The notes below the pieces were generated by a model, which saw only the letters and a list, made by a program, of their open reading frames with translations, did not search any database and was not told the DNA's origin. The position numbers and the translations under genes were made by a program. From Nitrosovibrio sp. Nv4 (GTDB lineage: Bacteria; Pseudomonadota; Gammaproteobacteria; Burkholderiales; Nitrosomonadaceae): DNA of 64,000 bases. Positions 58,124-64,000 of the stretch are shown piece by piece. The number at the start of each line of letters is the position of its first letter. Within the stretch, counting starts at the first letter, position 1. The stretch lies in assembly GCA_945860135.1 (NCBI GenBank), contig CAMAPK010000005.1, forward strand, positions 2,118-66,117, given 5' to 3'.

Positions 58124-58192
58124 GCCTAACGTGGAGGTCACCGGCGCCGCGCGGCTTTATCGCGCAGTGTCCCTTGGAATGATGGGTTCGAC
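58124..58192 (-). repeat. attC-like imperfect palindrome E2
   Basis: Minus strand: GTCGAAC-CCATCATTCCAAGGGACACTGCGCG-ATAAAGC-CGCGCGGCGCCGGTGACCTCCAC-GTTAGGC. GTTAGGC is a perfect GTTRRRY. It shares GAACC, GGGAC..TGCGC and CTCCACGTTA with E1. A perfect 7-bp inverted repeat GTCGAAC/GTTCGAC (58113-58119 / 58186-58192) also brackets it. Confidence 0.5.
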
Positions 58193-58283
58193 CTACCCGG
58201 CAATTTCATTGAGACGTTCCTCTGTGGATCTCCATGCCTCGGGTATTCGGTCGGTAGTGCCGGCTGCCTGGAAAATTAAAGGG

Positions 58284-58326
58284 CCCACCCCGAATATATA
58301 AGTCGTATCTGACCCTATTTCTACTA
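58284..58326 (-). repeat. R-family repeat, copy R4
   Basis: + strand text CCCACCCCGAATATATAAGTCGTATCTGACCCTATTTCTACTA. Ends 3 nt from the stop of the 58329..58901 gene. Confidence 0.6.
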
Positions 58327-58328
58327 TC

Positions 58329-58901
58329 TTAAGAGGCAGCAACATTTGATAGCACAAACCCAATTGCCCAGAAGACGATTGCCGCAATCAACGTGGGGAT
58401 TCGATCGTCCAAACCGAGGATACGGAAGTGCCCCGGGAATACAGTTGCAGCCCCGAGAAGGTATCCGAGGTTCGCAAATCCGTAGCCAAGAATGAGGATG
58501 GGAGAAGCGGGAGTCTCGGTCATAGACAGAATTGCTATCACCGGATAAAGCAACGCAAGCAGACTCAGGTACGGAAAACCGTGTCGCGGCAACAACTCTC
58601 GGTGCGTCTCGATAAAATGCTGCTGAGACGCCTCGATCTGATCTTCGCGGGCGTAGAGCTTGAGCGTTCGACCCAAGCTCGGAACGGGTAGCAGGAACGG
58701 GCCAGTAAACTCCGATCCGGGCGCGGACTCAGACCCTTGAAGCACGACCCACGCTGGATCCTTCGAAATATACTCGAGCGCCTTTTCGGGGAACCTTGCG
58801 GCGAGCTTCCAGAAGGATAGTTTCCCGAGCTTGCCATAGAACAGCGCCAGTCCTCCCAGAGAAGCAATGAAGAAAATCAGTGCGACGATTGCGTTGCTCA
58901 T
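58329..58901 (-). CDS. hypothetical membrane protein (first cassette)
   Basis: 190 aa with at least 4 hydrophobic helices and no recognisable motif. The ATG lies 15 nt downstream (minus strand) of the GTTCGGC junction. Confidence 0.5.
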   Translation of the reverse strand: MSNAIVALIFFIASLGGLALFYGKLGKLSFWKLAARFPEKALEYISKDPAWVVLQGSESAPGSEFTGPFLLPVPSLGRTLKLYAREDQIEASQQHFIETHRELLPRHGFPYLSLLALLYPVIAILSMTETPASPILILGYGFANLGYLLGAATVFPGHFRILGLDDRIPTLIAAIVFWAIGFVLSNVAAS

Positions 58902-59037
58902 AGGTGCCCTATGCTGCCGAACGTGATATATACGACATCAATTGTTCAATAATCCACTGCATGTGTCGCATAATCTCAATTGAAATAGACTATCTTGTTG
59001 CCTGGACTGACCAAAGGGTAAAGTAAAAGGACAAGTC

Positions 59038-59146
59038 ATGCAAACAAGCGACATCAGCGCCAGGCAGGAAATTACTGGATCAGGTGCGCGACAAGATACG
59101 TTTCAAACACTATAGCTTAAGCACGGAAAACGTCGGTTTACTCTGA
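59038..59146 (+). pseudogene. intI: relic of an integron-type tyrosine recombinase (N-terminal SAM-like region only, frameshifted and truncated)
   Basis: The frame starting at 59072 reads LLDQVRDKIRFKHYSLSTENVGLL*. Compare remembered IntI1 [23 protein letters not shown] (12 of 19 identical). The only nearby ATG (59038) is in another frame, and the catalytic domain is entirely absent. Confidence 0.55.
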
Positions 59147-59205
59147 AAAGAGATTCAGCCGCGCCAGGTTATGCGGCATAATTCTTCCTTTTTCATTCCG
59201 ACGCG

Positions 59206-59751
59206 ATGAATGCTGCCCGGCTGGCTTGGTCTCCTGCACCGTCTTCCATTACACCGCGCGCCCGTGACTGGCTGCAGAACCGTGGCTCCCTTACCCGCCT
59301 GATTCAGCAGCGCTGCAGCAATTTTCGCGTCAAGCCGGTATCCCAGTCGCTGGCGACGGTATGCGGGGACGAGCTTGCCGTCATGGGTCTGCGCCGCAGC
59401 GAGTTGGCGCTGGTGCGGGAGGTGTATCTATATTGCGGCAACACGCCGGTGGTTTTTGCGCATTCGGTTGTGGCCAGGAAAAATCTGCGTGGCGCTTGGC
59501 GCGGATTGAGCGGCCTCGGCAACCGCTCGCTGGGTACGGTGCTGTTTACCAATCCGGTGGTCAAACGCACGCCGCTGCGTTTCAAGAAACTGAATGCGGG
59601 CCATCCGCTTTTCCGCCGCGCTTGCAGAGGCTTGCCGGCGACGACAGAAGTGCCGTCCAGTCTGTGGGCGCGCCGCTCCCTGTTCACTTTGCACGGACAG
59701 TCCATCCTGGTTACCGAAGTGTTTCTTCCCGCCATTTTGGATTTAACCTAG
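59206..59751 (+). CDS. ubiC: chorismate pyruvate-lyase
   Basis: 181 aa. [16 protein letters not shown] and LVTEVFLP motifs of UbiC. Immediately upstream of ubiA. Confidence 0.85.
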   Translation: MNAARLAWSPAPSSITPRARDWLQNRGSLTRLIQQRCSNFRVKPVSQSLATVCGDELAVMGLRRSELALVREVYLYCGNTPVVFAHSVVARKNLRGAWRGLSGLGNRSLGTVLFTNPVVKRTPLRFKKLNAGHPLFRRACRGLPATTEVPSSLWARRSLFTLHGQSILVTEVFLPAILDLT

Positions 59752-60623
59752 TGATTCTCGCGCAACGCCTCGACCATTACCGCAAACTGATGCGGCTGGA
59801 TAAGCCCATCGGCATCCTGCTGCTGCTGTGGCCGACATTGTGGGGCTTGTGGCTGGCCGCCGGGGGGGTGCCCGCCATCAACATCCTGGTGATATTCGTG
59901 CTGGGTACGGTGCTGATGCGCTCCGCCGGTTGCGTGGTCAACGACTATGCCGACCGCAAAATCGACCCGCATGTCGCGCGCACCAAGAACCGTCCGCTGG
60001 CAACCGGGGTGGTGAGCAGCAAAGAGGCGCTGCTGCTGGCAGCGGGTCTGAGTCTGTGCGCGTTTCTGCTGATACTGCCGCTGAACCGGCTCACGCTCGT
60101 GCTGGCGGTGTTTGCACTGTTTCTTGCCGCCAGCTATCCGTTTACCAAGCGCTTCTTCGCCATGCCACAAGCCTATCTGGGCGTTGCCTTCAGTTTCGGC
60201 ATCCCGATGGCATTCGCCGCACAGACCGGTGAATTGCCGTTGATCGTCTGGCTGCTGATGGCGGCGAACCTGCTGTGGGTGGTCGCTTACGACACCGAGT
60301 ATGCGATGGTGGATAGGGCCGACGACCTCAAGATAGGCATCAAGACTTCCGCGATTACGTTCGGGCGGTTCGATGTGGCCGGGATCATGCTGTGCCATGC
60401 GAGTTTTCTCGGTATCATGGTCGGCATCGGGCTGATGCAGAAACTGGGCATCGCGTATTATGCCGGTCTGATTGCAGCAGCGGGTTTGATTGCTTACCAG
60501 TATCGGCTGATACACGAGCGTGATCCGGCGTGCTGTTTCAAGGCTTTTTTACACAACAACTGGGTGGGCGCGGTGGTGTTTGCCGGCATTGCGCTCGATT
60601 ACCTGCTAGGGACAACTTCATAA
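59751..60623 (+). CDS. ubiA: 4-hydroxybenzoate polyprenyltransferase
   Basis: ORF 59361..60623 trimmed to GTG 59751, which overlaps the ubiC TAG by 1 nt ([34 protein letters not shown]). NDYADRKID and [13 protein letters not shown] Asp-rich motifs. Confidence 0.9.
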   Translation: MILAQRLDHYRKLMRLDKPIGILLLLWPTLWGLWLAAGGVPAINILVIFVLGTVLMRSAGCVVNDYADRKIDPHVARTKNRPLATGVVSSKEALLLAAGLSLCAFLLILPLNRLTLVLAVFALFLAASYPFTKRFFAMPQAYLGVAFSFGIPMAFAAQTGELPLIVWLLMAANLLWVVAYDTEYAMVDRADDLKIGIKTSAITFGRFDVAGIMLCHASFLGIMVGIGLMQKLGIAYYAGLIAAAGLIAYQYRLIHERDPACCFKAFLHNNWVGAVVFAGIALDYLLGTTS

Positions 60624-60636
60624 GTGCGCCATTGCC

Positions 60637-62100
60637 ATGAAATATAAAGACCTGCGGGATTTTATCGCGCAACTGGAAAGCCAGGGCGAGCTGAAGCGCA
60701 TCACCACCGAGATCGACCCGCGTCTGGAGATGACCGAAATCTGCGACCGGGTGCTGAAGGCTGGCGGTCCTGCCATCCTGTTCGAGCATCCCAAGGGGCA
60801 TACCATACCCGTGCTCGGAAATTTGTTCGGCACGCCGCGGCGGGTGGCGATGGGCATGGGACAGGAATCGGTGGCAGCGTTGCGGGGAGTGGGCGAGCTG
60901 CTCGCTGCGCTGAAAGAGCCCGAGCCGCCCAAGGGTCTGAAAGACGCATGGGACAAATTTCCGGTGCTGAAGCAAGTGCTCAACATGGCACCCAAAGTGG
61001 TTTCGAGCGCGCCGTGCCAGGAAATCGTGTGGGAAGGCAAGGACGTGGATCTTGGCAGGCTGCCGATCCAGACCTGCTGGCCGGGAGATGCCGGCCCGCT
61101 GATTACCTGGGGATTGACCGTCACCCGCGGGCCGCACAAGACCCGGCAGAATCTGGGCATATACCGGCAGCAAGTGATTGCGCCCAACAAAATCATCATG
61201 CGCTGGTTGGCCCATCGTGGTGGGGCGCTGGATTTTCGTGATTTCTGTCTCACCCATCCGGGACAGCCTTATCCGCTGGCAGTAGCGCTGGGAGCAGACC
61301 CGGCGACCATACTCGGCGCGGTCACCCCGGTGCCGGACAGTCTCAGCGAATACCAGTTTGCCGGTCTGCTGCGCGGTGCCAAAACCGAAATCATCAAGTG
61401 CCTGAGCCATGACCTGCAGGTTCCGGCAAGCGCGGAAATCGTGCTGGAAGGCTATATTTATCCGGACGAAACGGCGCTCGAAGGCCCGTTCGGTGATCAC
61501 ACCGGTTATTACAATGAGCAGGAGACCTTTCCGGTATTCACGATTGAGCGCATCACCATGCGGCGCAACCCGATTTTTCATTCCACTTACACCGGCAAGC
61601 CGCCGGACGAGCCGGCGATACTCGGCGTGGCGCTGAACGAGGTGTTCGTGCCGCTGCTGCAAAAACAGTTTCCCGAGATCGCCGATTTTTACTTGCCGCC
61701 GGAAGGCTGTTCCTATCGCATGGCGGTGGTGAGCATGAAAAAGCAGTATGCCGGGCATGCCAAGCGCGTAATGTTCGGCGTGTGGAGTTTCCTGCGACAG
61801 TTCATGTACACCAAATTCATCATCGTCACCGACGACGACGTGAATATCCGCGACTGGAAGGAAGTGATCTGGGCCGTCACCACGCGCGTCGATCCTGCGC
61901 GCGATACGCTGATCGTGGAAAACACGCCGATAGATTATCTCGATTTCGCCAGCCCAGTATCGGGTCTGGGCGGGAAAATGGGTCTGGACGCCACCAACAA
62001 ATGGCCGGGAGAAACCAGCCGCGCCTGGGGTACGCCGATTGCGATGGATGCAGCGGTGAAAGCGCGCGTGGATGAAATCTGGCGGGACCTGGGGCTTTAA
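60637..62100 (+). CDS. ubiD: 4-hydroxy-3-polyprenylbenzoate decarboxylase
   Basis: 487 aa. [22 protein letters not shown] start and full-length UbiD-like sequence ([16 protein letters not shown]). Confidence 0.95.
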   Translation: MKYKDLRDFIAQLESQGELKRITTEIDPRLEMTEICDRVLKAGGPAILFEHPKGHTIPVLGNLFGTPRRVAMGMGQESVAALRGVGELLAALKEPEPPKGLKDAWDKFPVLKQVLNMAPKVVSSAPCQEIVWEGKDVDLGRLPIQTCWPGDAGPLITWGLTVTRGPHKTRQNLGIYRQQVIAPNKIIMRWLAHRGGALDFRDFCLTHPGQPYPLAVALGADPATILGAVTPVPDSLSEYQFAGLLRGAKTEIIKCLSHDLQVPASAEIVLEGYIYPDETALEGPFGDHTGYYNEQETFPVFTIERITMRRNPIFHSTYTGKPPDEPAILGVALNEVFVPLLQKQFPEIADFYLPPEGCSYRMAVVSMKKQYAGHAKRVMFGVWSFLRQFMYTKFIIVTDDDVNIRDWKEVIWAVTTRVDPARDTLIVENTPIDYLDFASPVSGLGGKMGLDATNKWPGETSRAWGTPIAMDAAVKARVDEIWRDLGL

Positions 62101-62141
62101 CCACCAGCTCTCTATTCTTGCTTTAGTTGGAATCCCTGGAA

Positions 62142-63989
62142 CTACTCGACCGTCACTGATTTCGCCAGATTGCGCGGCTTGTCCACGTCGGTATTTTTTT
62201 GCAGGGCGACGTGGTAGGCCAGCAGTTGCAGCGGGATGGTGTGGAGGATGGGGCTGAGCAATCCCGCATGCTCCGGCAGGCTGATGACGTGCATGCCCTC
62301 GCTTTGCTGAATGGTCGAATCGGCGTCAACGAAAACGTAGAGCTCGCCGCCGCGCGCGCGTACTTCCTGCAAATTGGATTTGAGTTTTTCCAGCAGCGCG
62401 TTGTTGGGAGCGATCGCGACCACCGGCATGTCTTCGTCCACCAGTGCCAGCGGCCCGTGCTTCAATTCGCCGGCAGCGTAGGCTTCGGCATGAATGTAGG
62501 AAATCTCCTTGAGCTTGAGCGCGCCTTCCATGGCGATGGGGTAGTGCATGCCGCGCCCGAGAAACAGGGCGTGGCGTTTCTGCGCAAATCGCTCGGCCCA
62601 GACCTTGACCTGGGGTTCCACTTGCAGCGCGTGCTGCAGTGCGACCGGCAGATGCCGCAGTGCGGTGATCACTTCGCGTTCGCGCTCGCTCGATAATTTT
62701 CCGCGCAGTTTCGCCAGCGTCACGGCAAGCAGCATCAGTGCCGCCAGTTGCGTGGTGAATGCCTTGGTCGAGGCCACGCCGATTTCCGGTCCGGCGCGGG
62801 TAAGGAAGCGCAGCTCGGTCTGTCGCACCAGCGCGCTTTCCGGCACGTTGCAGACGGCCAGGCTGTGCCGGTGTCCCAGCGACTTGGCATAGCCGAGTGC
62901 GGCCAGCGTATCGGCAGTTTCCCCCGATTGGGAGATCGCCACCACCAGTGTGGTGGGACTGGCTACCGGGTCGCGGTAGCGGTATTCGCTCGCAATCTCG
63001 ACATTGCAGGCCAATCCCGCCATGGACTCGAGCCAGTAGCGGGCGACCAGGCCGGCGTGGTAGCTGGTGCCGCAGGCGAGTATCAGCACGCTGTCGGTAT
63101 GCTGGAAAATATTTTCCGCTGCGCTGCCAAACAGTTGCGGAGAAATGGAGCGGGCATTGAGCACCATTTCCAGCGTATTCGCCACCACGCCCGGCTGCTC
63201 GAATATTTCCTTCTGCATGAAATGGGCATAGGGTCCCAGTTCCACTGCAGCATCAGTCAGCTCACTTTCGTGTACAGCGCGCGTTACTTCCTGGCCTGAG
63301 CTATCAGCAAGGCAATTGACGATGCGATAGCCGTCGTAACGCAATTCGGCTACATCACCTTCTTCCAGGTAGATCATGTGCCTGGTTACCTGCAGCAGCG
63401 CAGAAGCATCGGAGGCGGCGTAATTGCCATGCTCGCTCAGCCCCAGCAACAACGGTGCGCCATTGCGGGCAACAACGATGCGCTCGGGCCGCGCCTCTTC
63501 CATCACGGCGATGGCGTAAGCGCCTTGCAATTCGGCAAGGGAGCAGCACACTGCAGCAAACAGATCGGGAGTTTGCTTGAGGTTGAACGTGATGAGATGG
63601 GCGATGACTTCGGTGTCGGTGTCGGACAGAAACTCGAAACCCGCAGTCTGCAGGCGCTGGCGCAGCGCTTCATGATTTTCGATGATGCCGTTATGCACCA
63701 CTGCAACTTTTGTTGCTCCAGCGGAAAAATGCGGGTGAGCATTGCGTTCGGAAGGTGCGCCATGTGTGGCCCAGCGGGTGTGGGCGATACCGACCTCACC
63801 GTGAAACTGCTGCTCGTCTGCGAGCTTGCTGAGTTCCGCCACCCGCCCGGTGGTGCGCAATCTGCGCAATCCGCCATCCACCAGCGCGATTCCGGCAGAA
63901 TCGTAGCCGCGGTATTCGAGGCGACGCAGACCTTCCAGCAGGGCGGGGACAACATCATGTCTGGCAACCGCGCCGACTATGCCGCACAT
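62142..63989 (-). CDS. glmS: glutamine--fructose-6-phosphate aminotransferase (isomerising)
   Basis: ORF 62142..63995 (TTG) trimmed to ATG 63989 so that the protein begins MCGIVGA (the catalytic Cys follows Met). Two SIS domains, C-terminal ...[13 protein letters not shown]. Confidence 0.95.
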   Translation of the reverse strand: MCGIVGAVARHDVVPALLEGLRRLEYRGYDSAGIALVDGGLRRLRTTGRVAELSKLADEQQFHGEVGIAHTRWATHGAPSERNAHPHFSAGATKVAVVHNGIIENHEALRQRLQTAGFEFLSDTDTEVIAHLITFNLKQTPDLFAAVCCSLAELQGAYAIAVMEEARPERIVVARNGAPLLLGLSEHGNYAASDASALLQVTRHMIYLEEGDVAELRYDGYRIVNCLADSSGQEVTRAVHESELTDAAVELGPYAHFMQKEIFEQPGVVANTLEMVLNARSISPQLFGSAAENIFQHTDSVLILACGTSYHAGLVARYWLESMAGLACNVEIASEYRYRDPVASPTTLVVAISQSGETADTLAALGYAKSLGHRHSLAVCNVPESALVRQTELRFLTRAGPEIGVASTKAFTTQLAALMLLAVTLAKLRGKLSSEREREVITALRHLPVALQHALQVEPQVKVWAERFAQKRHALFLGRGMHYPIAMEGALKLKEISYIHAEAYAAGELKHGPLALVDEDMPVVAIAPNNALLEKLKSNLQEVRARGGELYVFVDADSTIQQSEGMHVISLPEHAGLLSPILHTIPLQLLAYHVALQKNTDVDKPRNLAKSVTVE

Positions 63990-64000
63990 AGGCAAATCCT

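Larger units (their letters stand above)
55310..59146 (-). mobile_element. decayed chromosomal integron: integrase relic, attI-like junction and about four cassettes read on the minus strand
   Basis: All seven ORFs are small, co-oriented and of typical cassette content (two TA pairs, GNAT, cupin, membrane protein). They are separated by attC-like palindromes ending CAC|GTT and bounded on the right by a divergent fragment encoding LLDQVRDKIRFKHYSLSTE. The left boundary is not defined. Confidence 0.55.

Noticed and set aside
55310-59000. Repeated ~40-70 nt elements as a CRISPR array
   Set aside because: The repeats are of two different families, imperfect, irregularly spaced (0.6-1.2 kb) and separated by protein-coding genes. 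There are no cas genes.
59361-59750. 5' extension of the ubiA ORF (track start 59361) overlapping all of ubiC
   Set aside because: The extension reads through ubiC in another frame with no UbiA-like sequence. The conserved UbiA N-terminus begins at GTG 59751, overlapping the ubiC stop by 1 nt.
60538-61758. 406-aa minus-strand ORF overlapping ubiD; similar shadows at 1629..2453, 8552..9199, 46921..47793, 51525..52466, 52223..53347, 53088..54062 and 59748..60515
   Set aside because: Each lies entirely inside, and antisense to, a gene with unmistakable family motifs. Their composition (Arg/Ala/Pro/Gln-rich, low complexity) is typical of antisense frames in moderately GC-rich DNA.

Overview
64 kb chromosomal segment of a betaproteobacterium. 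The cytochrome P460, the c-552/c-551-type cytochrome and the CADD-like protein suggest an ammonia oxidiser of the Nitrosomonas/Nitrosospira type; this is inferred from recognised protein sequences, with no search run. About three quarters is ordinary housekeeping: fumC, ilvD, lgt, hemA-prfA-prmC-grxD, glnD-map, hemL-thiE-thiD, purN-purM, hda, ubiC-ubiA-ubiD, glmS and one tRNA-Phe. Two accessory patches stand out.

(1) A putative lipid-signal / c-di-GMP locus.
- Two tandem paralogs of a LuxI/GNAT-fold acyltransferase lie at 33.2-35.6 kb. They look like the PEP-CTERM/exosortase-associated long-chain N-acyl amino acid synthase family.
- The second paralog is fused into a tight operon with a PstS-like periplasmic protein, an outer-membrane beta-barrel and a large periplasmic-sensor PAS-GGDEF-EAL protein (to 40.3 kb).
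- Ten kb further on sit three tandem single-domain PilZ genes (49.7-51.4 kb) and a Pat-like GNAT/ADP-forming acyl-CoA synthetase fusion with the GNAT at the N-terminus.
- The second synthase operon and two of the three PilZ genes are each preceded by the same 56-57 bp box of ATTCCTACA direct repeats phased at 22 bp. No regulator for it is encoded in the window.
- The middle PilZ gene is interrupted only by a C8 homopolymer.

(2) A decayed chromosomal integron at 55.3-59.15 kb.
- It has a roughly 35-codon frameshifted relic of an integron-type integrase N-terminus and an attI-like CAC|GTTCGGC junction.
- About four minus-strand cassettes follow: a membrane protein, two ParE/RelE toxin-antitoxin pairs, and GNAT plus cupin.
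- They are separated by attC-like imperfect palindromes and by a second, unexplained repeat family of about 40 bp.

All family assignments come from motif recognition by eye. No BLAST, HMM or folding was run.
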